From Longimicrobiales bacterium (GTDB lineage: Bacteria > Gemmatimonadota > Gemmatimonadetes > Longimicrobiales > Gaopeijiaceae), in assembly GCA_965202805.1 (NCBI GenBank), contig OZ241869.1, forward strand, positions 1,536,001-1,600,000: DNA of 64,000 bases. The letters run 5' to 3'. Shown here in pieces: positions 1 to 8,600 of the stretch. Every line of letters starts with the position of its first letter. Position 1 is the first letter of the stretch. A program made the position numbers and the translations under genes. The notes below the pieces were generated by a model. It was not told the origin of the DNA, searched no databases, and saw nothing but the letters and a program-made list of their open reading frames with translations.

Positions 1-1
1 C

Positions 2-394
2 GCGCCGACGAAGGACTACGCCGTCTCCCGCCTGACGCTGGTCACCAACGGCTCCGACCAGACCCTCGAGCAGATCATGAAGCAGCTGAGCAAGCTCATC
101 GATGTGGTCGACCTGCGGAACATGACCACCCGCGACCACATCGTGCGCGAACTGGTGCTCTTCAAGCTGCGCCTGACCACCGGCACCCGAGCCCAGCTGG
201 ACGAGATGGTGGCGGAGTTCGGGGGGTCCATCCTCGACGAGCACGAAGGGCACTATACCGTCGAGATCACCAGCAGCGGCCCGCGGATCGACGGCTTCCT
301 GGAGAGCGCGGAGCGGATCGCCGAGACGGACGCGCTGGTGCGCAGCGGCGCGATGGCGGTCTCCCGCGGTGCGCCGATCACCTGGCGGGGCTGA
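2..394 (+). CDS. ilvH: Acetolactate synthase small (regulatory) subunit, 5'-truncated by the window edge
   Basis: Frame is open from base 2: APTKDYAVSRLTLVTNGSDQTLEQIMKQLSKLIDVV...RELVLFK...VEITSS...LVRSGAMAVSRG, the typical IlvH/IlvN ACT plus C-terminal pattern. Confidence 0.88.
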   Translation, partial: APTKDYAVSRLTLVTNGSDQTLEQIMKQLSKLIDVVDLRNMTTRDHIVRELVLFKLRLTTGTRAQLDEMVAEFGGSILDEHEGHYTVEITSSGPRIDGFLESAERIAETDALVRSGAMAVSRGAPITWRG

Positions 395-492
395 GGCCGG
401 GGCGGCGCTCTGCAACGCCGCCATGAGCCCGAGCCTCCGGCAGGCTGACCCGCAGGTGTGACGGACCCGGCGCGAGCTTCGCGACCGGGGGC

Positions 493-3342
493 TCAGCCGG
501 CTCCGGGCGAGCGTCCTTCTTCCTCCTCGGAAATCGCCCGTACGCGGGTAAGCTCCAGCCCCAGCGTCCTGCCCTTCATGATCGCCGGCACCCCTTCTTC
601 CATCCACACCGGAGCGGGCGCGCCCTTCAGGTAGTGGTCGAAGAACTGCTGCATGCGGATCGCCCAGTCCTTCTGGTTGTGCCGTTGCCTGAGGCCGTGC
701 GCCTCGCCGTTGTAGTTGAGCATCCACACCGGCTTGCCCAGGCGGCGGAGCGCCACGAACAACTCGATCCCCTGATACCACGGCACCGCCCCGTCCTCGT
801 CGTTGTGCAGCATGAGGATGGGCGTGTTGATCTTGTCGGCGGTGAAGATGGGCGAGTTCTCGATGAAGCGCAGCGGATACTCCCAGAGCGAGCCCCCGAT
901 GCGGCTCTGGCCGCGTTCGTACTGCACGGCGCGGCTGCGTCCCGACTGCCAGCGGATGCCCCCGTAGGCGCTGATCATGTTGGAGACCGGGGCGCCCGCC
1001 TCGGCCGCCGCGAACAGGTCGGTGCGCGTCACCATGTAGGCGATCTGGTAGCCGCCCCATGAATGTCCCTGCACGCCGATGCGGTTCGCGTCCACGAACC
1101 CCGCCTCGACCAGCTCGAGGACGCCCGGGACCACCGCGTCGAGCGCGCTCTCGCCCGGATAGCCGTCCCGGTAGGGGATGTCGGGCACGAAGAGCAGGTA
1201 GCCGCGGCTGACGTAGAAGCTGCGGTTGATGGAGGAGCTTCCCGGCGCGGGCGCGGCGTAGCCGTGCAGGCCGTCCGAGGAGCGCTCGTAGAAGTACACC
1301 ATCATGGGGTGCTGCTCCGACGGGTCGAATCCTTCCGGCTTGTAGAGGATGCCCTGGAGGGGGATGCCGTCCATGGAAGTCCACTCCACGATTTCGGCGG
1401 TGCCCCACAGGTAGTCGGACTGCTGCGGGTTGGCGTCGGTGACCTTGCGCCCGTCGTCGAGGGCCGGGCCCGCCACCCACAGGTCCGGGAATTCCTCGAA
1501 GGTGGAGCGGGTGTAGGCAAAGACCTCCGCGTTCTGCGCCCGGAACAGGCCGGCGTAGCGGGCGTCGCCGGCGATGAGCTGCTCGGGTGCGGCGCCGGCG
1601 TCGAAGTCGCCCCGCCACAGCCCGGACGACTTGTCGTACAGGTGGAAGGAGGAGAGGTACACTTCGCCGGAGGGAACCGCCGGGTCGGCCGTGTCGAGGT
1701 CGACGTAGCGGAAGCGGGTGTCGGACGCGCGCCCGGCGCCCCGGGTGAGGTTGCGGGGGGCGGCGCGGCCGGTGGGGTCGACCGCCCAGATGTCGTAGCG
1801 GTCGTAGACCAGGAAGGCGGCATCGTCCTCCGTCCATCCGGCCGTTCCGTACGAGCGGGCCAGATCGGGACGGTCGTCCAGCACGTTGTAGAAGCCCGCG
1901 TCGATGCTGCCCGTCAGGTCGATCTCCTCCCCGCTGCCGGTGTCGATGGCGACCCAGATGCGGCGGACTCCGTCCCACCGGGTGATGTAGCCGCCGCCCG
2001 GCGAGAGCGTCCCCTGTCCCCGCACCCGCTCGGCCACCTGCCGCCGCGAGCCGTCCGCCACGTCGATGGTGTAGAGGTCCACGTAGCTGGCGTCCCACGA
2101 CACCAGCTGCCGGTAGGGAAGGTCGCTCCTCCCCATCGCGACCGCGCCGTCGCCGTCGTCGGCCACGGTGACGTCGGGCACCTCGGTGGTGGCGAGCTGC
2201 GCCGCGCGGCCGCTCCCGAGGTCGAGCACCGCCTGGTAGCTGCGCTCCAGCTCGTCCTCAAGCTGCACCAGCTGCATGGGTTGCAGCAGCGGGTCCTTCC
2301 AGTTCCAGATGTCGACCTGGACGCGCTCGTCCTCGGGGGTGTCGTCCTCGGGATCCGGAAGGGGCCGGGGCGCACTGTGGAAGAGGACGCGCGCGCCCGA
2401 ACCGGAGAACGACACCTCGCCGTGCTCGCTCGGGGCCCAGTCGGCGGGGAGTGCTTCCGCGCCCGGCGCCACCCGGGAGGTGGCCGTTCCCTCGCGCGCG
2501 GCGTACAGCGCGAAGGCGGGCGCCCCGGCCCCGCGGTCGTCCCGGTCGGTCAGGAAGGCGACCGCGCCGTCGTCGGCGACGGCGAGCCGCAGGTAGCGGC
2601 CTTCCCCGCCGGTGACTGTCTCCGCCCCGCCGTCCGGTCCGACGCGGAAGACGCCGTCGGCGGCGCCGTCCTCACCGGACGCCGTGTAGTAGAGCGCGCC
2701 GCCGCTGCCGGAGAAGGCGTAACTCACCGCGTGGTCGAAGCGGCGCTCCTGTCCGGTTGCGAGGTCGCGCACCACCAGGGTGGTTCCGTCTTCCAGGCGG
2801 GGCGGCCCTTCACCTCCATCGTCCTCTTCCGCCCCTGCGGCTTCCTCGGCCTCTTCCTCTTCCTCGCCGCCGTCCGCGGACTCCTCCATCAGGTACGCCA
2901 TCCACGAGCCGTCTTCGCCGGGCAGGCGGAAGGACCGGACCTCCGCAACGCGCGTCTCCGACAGGTCGGACAGGTTCAGGATCAGCAGCGAGTCACCGGG
3001 CGCGTCACGCGAGCCTCCGGCACGTGCCGCGTCGACAGCCGCCTCGGCAGGCTCGACCAGCGCGACCAGGAAGCGGGTGTCGGCGGTGAAGCCCGGATCC
3101 GCCCCCCTGGGAACGGTCACCCGGCGCCCGTCCTCCAGGCTCTCCACCACCAGCGTGGCGTCGCCGTCCCCGGGCACGAGCCGGTAGACGAGCCAGCGGC
3201 CGTCCCGGGAAAAGTCCTCGTCCTGGATCTGCTTCCAGATCGCGTAGGCGTCGTGGTCGAGAGGAGCCTTCTGCTGTGCCGAGAGTCCCGGGGACGCGCC
3301 AACCAGGATGGCAAGAGCCAGTAACCAACGGATCGTCTTCAT
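493..3342 (-). CDS. Exported S9 family (prolyl oligopeptidase/acylaminoacyl peptidase-like) serine peptidase
   Basis: Signal peptide MKTIRWLLALAILVGASPGLSAQ, beta-propeller region, nucleophile GHSWGGY, Asp in DEDGAV, His in GEAHGL. Confidence 0.9.
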   Translation of the reverse strand: MKTIRWLLALAILVGASPGLSAQQKAPLDHDAYAIWKQIQDEDFSRDGRWLVYRLVPGDGDATLVVESLEDGRRVTVPRGADPGFTADTRFLVALVEPAEAAVDAARAGGSRDAPGDSLLILNLSDLSETRVAEVRSFRLPGEDGSWMAYLMEESADGGEEEEEAEEAAGAEEDDGGEGPPRLEDGTTLVVRDLATGQERRFDHAVSYAFSGSGGALYYTASGEDGAADGVFRVGPDGGAETVTGGEGRYLRLAVADDGAVAFLTDRDDRGAGAPAFALYAAREGTATSRVAPGAEALPADWAPSEHGEVSFSGSGARVLFHSAPRPLPDPEDDTPEDERVQVDIWNWKDPLLQPMQLVQLEDELERSYQAVLDLGSGRAAQLATTEVPDVTVADDGDGAVAMGRSDLPYRQLVSWDASYVDLYTIDVADGSRRQVAERVRGQGTLSPGGGYITRWDGVRRIWVAIDTGSGEEIDLTGSIDAGFYNVLDDRPDLARSYGTAGWTEDDAAFLVYDRYDIWAVDPTGRAAPRNLTRGAGRASDTRFRYVDLDTADPAVPSGEVYLSSFHLYDKSSGLWRGDFDAGAAPEQLIAGDARYAGLFRAQNAEVFAYTRSTFEEFPDLWVAGPALDDGRKVTDANPQQSDYLWGTAEIVEWTSMDGIPLQGILYKPEGFDPSEQHPMMVYFYERSSDGLHGYAAPAPGSSSINRSFYVSRGYLLFVPDIPYRDGYPGESALDAVVPGVLELVEAGFVDANRIGVQGHSWGGYQIAYMVTRTDLFAAAEAGAPVSNMISAYGGIRWQSGRSRAVQYERGQSRIGGSLWEYPLRFIENSPIFTADKINTPILMLHNDEDGAVPWYQGIELFVALRRLGKPVWMLNYNGEAHGLRQRHNQKDWAIRMQQFFDHYLKGAPAPVWMEEGVPAIMKGRTLGLELTRVRAISEEEEGRSPGAG

Positions 3343-3743
3343 GACCCACCTGCTGCCGGAGAGATGTACGCGAAGCGAGGAATGCGCGGACGGCAACGGT
3401 AGACGACCGCGAAGAGCAGGGCAACGCCGCCCACGGACTGCTCCGCCCCCAATCCCGCCCGGCCCTCTGCGAACACCCGCGGCACGCGGGCGCCTTCGCG
3501 CCCGGCAAACCGCAAGGGCGAAAGGCTATCCACCGACCTTCGCCCTGGCGCCCGCGGTCCAACACCGACGAGGCACGGGCGCCGAGCATTCCGCACCTCT
3601 GCGATTGACAGAGTCCCGGGCTCGGCATCAGTGTGAAGCTCTCTGGACGGACCGGAGCGAAATCCGCCGAATCCTGTGGGCGCGAGCCGCCGAACCCAGG
3701 CATCGGATGGAGTCAATCGGAACGACAACCTGCGGAGGACACC

Positions 3744-4913
3744 ATGCGTGATTTCCGGATCCTCGCCACGACGCTCGTGCTACTCGCGATTCCCCTTCCC
3801 CTGCGCGCGCAGGCGGTCCCGGACATCGCCGAGCCCTTCAAGGTCGGCACCTTCGAGATCGGGGGCACACCCACGGTGTCGCTGGTTCTTCGCGACCAGC
3901 TCATCGTCGAGGTCGACGCCGCTAACACCGCCCTCCAGCGCGATCCCTACTACGCCCGCGTGCAGGCCCCGGGCGATATGCTGGAGCTGATCGAGCGCTA
4001 CGAGTACGGCCTCCAGCGTCGCCTCTACGAGGTTGTCAACCACCTGGTCGAGAACGACATGCTGGGCGCGAACCGCCCGTCCTGGGTGCACGATCTCGGG
4101 GACGTGCGCACCCTCCCGCCCATCCTTTACCCGGGCAAGATCCTCAACGCCGCGGTCAACTTCTACAGCCACGTCAACGAGACCGGCACCGAGGAGGAGC
4201 GTGCCGAGGCCCGGCGGCAGCGGCGCGAGAACCGCGGCGTGCCCTATCTCTTCCTTAAGCCGAGCAAGGGCGCGGTCATCGGCGACGGTGGCGAGGTGGT
4301 GCTTCCCTACGGGCGCGACCGCATCGACTGGGAGGTCGAGCTGGGCGCGGTAATCGGCCGGTCCGCCAAGTACGTCTCCGCGAACGACGCCGAGGCCTAC
4401 GTGTTCGGCTATCTGGTGTCGCTCGACATCTCCGACCGCGGCGGGCGTCCGCCGGGCGGCAACCCCATGACCTCCGACTGGTTCGTGGGCAAGGGCCACG
4501 ACACGTTCGCGCCCCAGGGGCCCTGGATCGTGCCGAAGGAATTCTACGGCAACCCGATGGAGATCCTGCGCCAGACGCTCGACGTCGGCGACGAGCGCAT
4601 GCAGGAGGCCACCGCCGGCGACATGATCCACTCCCTCTGGGAACTGATCGAGTACGGCTCCTCCATCATCACCCTTTTCCCCGGCGACGTCGTCAACAAC
4701 GGCACCTCCGGGGGTGTCGGCATGGGCACGGCGGTTCGGGGCGCACAGCGCTTCCTGCAGCCCGGCGAGCAGATTTCCGCCTCCATCGACGGAATCGGCA
4801 CACTGAACCTGTCGGTGGTGAGCGAGCCCGCGCCGACTGGGCTCACGGGCGCGCACCTGCCGCCCGTGCGGACCTATCGGGGGCCGCCTCCGGGGGGAAC
4901 TGACGGGCCGTAG
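3744..4913 (+). CDS. Fumarylacetoacetate hydrolase (FAH) family protein with N-terminal signal peptide
   Basis: GGAGG RBS before ATG 3744; motifs PYLFLKP, DWEVELGAVIG, DISDR, GKGHDTFAPQGP, TLFPGDVVNNGT. Confidence 0.85.
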   Translation: MRDFRILATTLVLLAIPLPLRAQAVPDIAEPFKVGTFEIGGTPTVSLVLRDQLIVEVDAANTALQRDPYYARVQAPGDMLELIERYEYGLQRRLYEVVNHLVENDMLGANRPSWVHDLGDVRTLPPILYPGKILNAAVNFYSHVNETGTEEERAEARRQRRENRGVPYLFLKPSKGAVIGDGGEVVLPYGRDRIDWEVELGAVIGRSAKYVSANDAEAYVFGYLVSLDISDRGGRPPGGNPMTSDWFVGKGHDTFAPQGPWIVPKEFYGNPMEILRQTLDVGDERMQEATAGDMIHSLWELIEYGSSIITLFPGDVVNNGTSGGVGMGTAVRGAQRFLQPGEQISASIDGIGTLNLSVVSEPAPTGLTGAHLPPVRTYRGPPPGGTDGP

Positions 4914-4935
4914 CAGGGGGAACGCCTCGGGATCC

Positions 4936-4981
4936 TGGTAGGGGGGGCTCCTCCTTACCAAGGTGACATGTTGTACCTTGG
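4936..4981. promoter_or_regulatory. Two overlapping inverted repeats upstream of hicBA (terminator and/or operator)
   Basis: TGGTAGGGGG..CTCCTTACCA hairpin with G-U pairs (4936-4960) and CCAAGGT-N10-ACCTTGG (4958-4981). Confidence 0.35.
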
Positions 4982-5141
4982 GTGTCCGGTTCGATACGCT
5001 CGCTCAGGCCGCGAAGGTGCTGGGTCTCAATCTGAGGGTCGATCTGGTCGGGTAGGCTCGGCTGGAGAGAAGAGCCGCCCAATGAGGTCCCGGTCGGGCG
5101 CACGCCGGGTCGGATTCATCACACCAACGGGGCGTGGGGTC

Positions 5142-5345
5142 ATGAAGCTCACAATCGTTGTCCATGAGGCAGAGGAAGGCGGCTATTGGGCTGAAGTGCC
5201 GGCCATCCGTGGATGCGTCTCCCAAGCCGAGTCGCTTGATGAGTTGCTTGATAACCTGAGAGAAGCGATCGAAGGATGCCTCTCTGTTGATGCCTCGGAT
5301 GTTCCGGTCTCGGACACCGACAGAATCATCGAGATCGCTGTTTGA
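5142..5345 (+). CDS. hicB: HicB family antitoxin (short, no DNA-binding domain)
   Basis: MKLTIVVHEAEEGGYWAEVPAIRGCVSQAESLDELLDNLREAIEGCL is the HicB partial RNase H fold signature; 67 aa. Confidence 0.9.
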   Translation: MKLTIVVHEAEEGGYWAEVPAIRGCVSQAESLDELLDNLREAIEGCLSVDASDVPVSDTDRIIEIAV

Positions 5346-5548
5346 AGACGGTAAGCGGCAAAGCCTTTTGCCGACTGCTTGAGTCCCAGGGCTGGAGGCT
5401 GAGAAGAATCCGTGGAAGCCATCACATCTACACGAAGGACGGAGTAGCCGCACGGATTTCGATTCCCGTTCACGGGAACGCCGACCTCAAGCGGGGACTG
5501 CAAAGACACCTGATGAGAATCGCCGACGTGAGTGATTCGGATCTGTAG
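5342..5548 (+). CDS. hicA: HicA family mRNA interferase toxin
   Basis: TTG start overlaps the hicB stop; LESQGWRLRRIRGSHHIY...ISIPVHGNADLKRG carries the catalytic GSH motif. Confidence 0.9.
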   Translation: MKTVSGKAFCRLLESQGWRLRRIRGSHHIYTKDGVAARISIPVHGNADLKRGLQRHLMRIADVSDSDL

Positions 5549-5631
5549 ACCGAATCACACAAAGCGGAGGTTGCTCGCCGCAGCACGCAGGCGCAGCGGA
5601 TGGATCCGGCGCGATGGGAAGGGCATGGGCT

Positions 5632-8600
5632 TCACTTGTCTTCTGGCTCGGATCGAAGAGTGTCCGCAGCGGATCGGTCGGTTTCACTGTCCTTCGGTAG
5701 CGCATATTCGACGATTGCACCACCCTGGCTAACGAGCCGGAGCCGTTCACCCGGACCCGGTTCGCGCGGGTTCGGAAGCCAGTAGCACGCTGGCTGCTCG
5801 GTCAGCGTCCTCACTACGCGCAGGATGCGCCACCGCTCGTTTCTTCTCGGGGCAATGCGGGTTGCGGCGTTGAGTTCGCTCGACGGCAGTTCGAACCTGC
5901 GGCCCTCACCCTTCGTCGCCTTGACCTCGACACACCAAGTCACTTCGTCGCGCGTGAACCGAAAATCGTAACCGAGGCTGTCACTGGTAACGTCCCGCTC
6001 GGCGTCCAGCAGGGGCACGACCTTGGTTCTGGACTCGGAGACCCATGCGCTCTCGTTGATGCCGAACTTGGCCCGGAGGAAGCGGAAAGCGTGCATTTCT
6101 CCGACGATTCCCACGAGTCCGGGGAGGTCGGGCGGGCCATGCAGGTGCGAGGTCCTGGGTCTGCGCCGGCAGACCTCGCTGTCGTTGGATACGCTGGGTT
6201 GCGTTCCGCCGCCACCGTCTGGTTCCGGCGGTGGTGGACCGATCCCCTCGGCTTGCCTGGGGTCGGGGAGTTTCTCTAGTCGGGCAAAGAGTTCGCGGTA
6301 CGACACAGGCCCGCCGATTTCGAAAGGCTTCCCCGCGACCTCGACGGTTCTCTTGCCTCGCTCGTCCTCGTCAGTCTGCCGCTCACGCCTCTTCCTAATC
6401 CTCTCTAAGTCTTCATAAGTGATGCCGAGCGTGTCGCGCATTTTTTCAATCGTCGTACAATGCTTGACTTTAGCGTAGAAATCGCTGTCGGCGACCGCTA
6501 GCTTTGCGCGTTCGAGCAGGTCATGTTCCGGCCACTTGCGCAGGTACATGGAGTCGTCCAGCCGGACTTCGGGCACCTTTGCGCTTGACGGCGGCTCGGC
6601 TCCCTTGTTATCGAGCCAAGTCTCGTAGAGTTCAACCACCTCTTGGACAGCGTCGTCGAGACGCTTCTGATTGTCACGCGCCACGTCGAGCGGATCGGTT
6701 TTCAAGGCCACGCCTGTTCGCTCGAGTGCTGACCGGAATTCGGCGACGGTATTCGCGCGCTCGAAGACATCGGGATGCGGCCCGGCCTCGGAAACGCGCT
6801 CGCATCGTTCGCGCAGGACATCAAGCACCGCGCTAAACGGCACATCCCAGTGGTCCTGGGACCATTGGGTCCACAGCCGCGGCCATTCGGAATCCTTCTC
6901 AAGGCTCTCGTGGACCGCGTTGAGTCTGGAGAAGAGCTTACCCTGATCCACGGAGTCGTCGGCAGCCGATGTGGCGACATGCCGGGCCAAGGCGCGGAGC
7001 AATGGCGCGGCTTCATCCAGCCACCGCTTCGCCTGGGCTTCGGCTTGGGTGTTGCTGACCTGCTTGTACTTGCCGCCGAGCTCCGCCAAAGCCTTGTTCC
7101 ATTCCTTGAGTTCGGCGGCGTCACCCAGTACCCGCCACGTCCGATATCCCATCTCGGTGTCGTCCCAGCACTCCCTGGCGGTTGCCAACAGTTCCTCGGT
7201 GGGCCACTCGTCGATTTTGGCATTCTCCGACAGCCATCGGCTCAAACTGGAGGTGTCCTTTGCGGCGCCACCGAGACCGTCTTCGGAGATATCACGAAGC
7301 TGCAGCACCGGACGAATGCGGTGGGCGAGGGTGGATGGCTCGCCGTGCCAAAGATGCCGGATGTTGGCCACGGCCACGGCATCGATCTCCGCCCGGTCCA
7401 AGGCTGCCTCGATCTGGCCCCGGGTCGGTTGCGGACGGCCATTCAGGGCACCCAGCACGAGACGAAGATCCTTGAGGAGATCCTGCCGGTCGAGAATGGC
7501 CTGGGAAGCGGCCGCAATCTCGTCGTACAGTCCGCCGTGCGCGATGTCCCGGTGCAGGACGAGGATGCGATCCCGCGAAAGCCAGTGAGCTCGGGGCTGG
7601 CTGTATGCAACGCTCCGTCCCGCGTCCACAAGTTCTACTTGAATGAAGGCGCATTGCCGGACGCGCGCGCGGCGAAGTCGGGCGGCGGCTTGGCGCCACG
7701 CCTTCGTCGCGGGTCCCGCCGGGTTCCCGCCTCCGTGCGCGTGAAGGGCAAGCAGGACGACCGGAAGCCAGCCCAAGCCCGCCGCGTCGAGTGTCTGCGT
7801 CCCGTCCACCGTTTGGGTGCTCGAGGCATGGTCGATCCGGCAGTGTTCCTCCAGCCCGGCCGCCCGTCTCGCTCCTAGCTTCACGAGGCGGTCGCGGAGC
7901 GGCTTCTTCGACGCTTCCTCCGGTCGCATGGCGACGATCGGCTGGTCGTGTTCCCGCAGAAGCCGGGTTTTCCAACTGTGATCCGGAAGATAGACATCCT
8001 CGAGTTTCTCAGCCGTGCGCACAGTTAATGTGCGAGGCTTGGTGCGAATTATGAACCGCGTCGGAAGGTCACCCTCCAGGTCCAAGTGTCTCCATCCGTG
8101 GCGGACCTGGCCAAGGAGTACGTTGAACCGGCCCGCCGGCATTGCGTTGTGGTTGTGGGCGCCATGCGCCAGTCCCTCGGCGACATCGGCCAGTGTTTCC
8201 AGGAGAGCCGGTCCCGCTCGCGCTTCTTCAGTCGGATAGACGTTGAGTCCGAGTCTCTCCAGGGCCACAAGCACCTCCTCGTCTTTGCCCAGCTGCTGGA
8301 CCAACTGCAATGAGAGCGGCGACAGGTCGCGGAATTGGCCGCTCGGGCCTCGAAGAAGAGATCCGGGCACGAACCAGCGTTGGTGCAGCGGTTTGCGGTC
8401 TCGGAGTGCTCCCTGGTCACCGCCTGGGGCGTCAACGAGCCAGGGCAAAGTCGACAGCCAGTGTTGGAGCGGAGATGGGATCCGCTGTGCCCAGTACCAG
8501 TCCCCCCTTCTCAGTCTGATTCTGACTTTTCGCCAGCCGTCCTCCCATTGCGTGAGTGACGCGAGGACGAGTTGCGAAAGAGCCGCTCGAGCTGGGGCGT

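Noticed and set aside
1063..3324. Long antisense and alternative-frame ORFs (e.g. 1063-3324+, 12401-13885-, 23613-26207-, 31936-34419+, 45106-47634+)
   Set aside because: Shadow ORFs of real genes in high-GC DNA; Arg/Pro/Ala-rich with no motifs.
3343..3743. 400-bp intergenic region with hairpins as a riboswitch or ncRNA
   Set aside because: Hairpins are present (e.g. AGGGCGAAAGG...CCTTCGCCCT) but I recognise no riboswitch consensus; an Rfam search would be needed.
4986..4995. CCGGTTCGAT match to the tRNA-Ala T-arm as a possible att site for the island
   Set aside because: Only 10 bp, inverted relative to the tRNA, and there is no integrase in the window.
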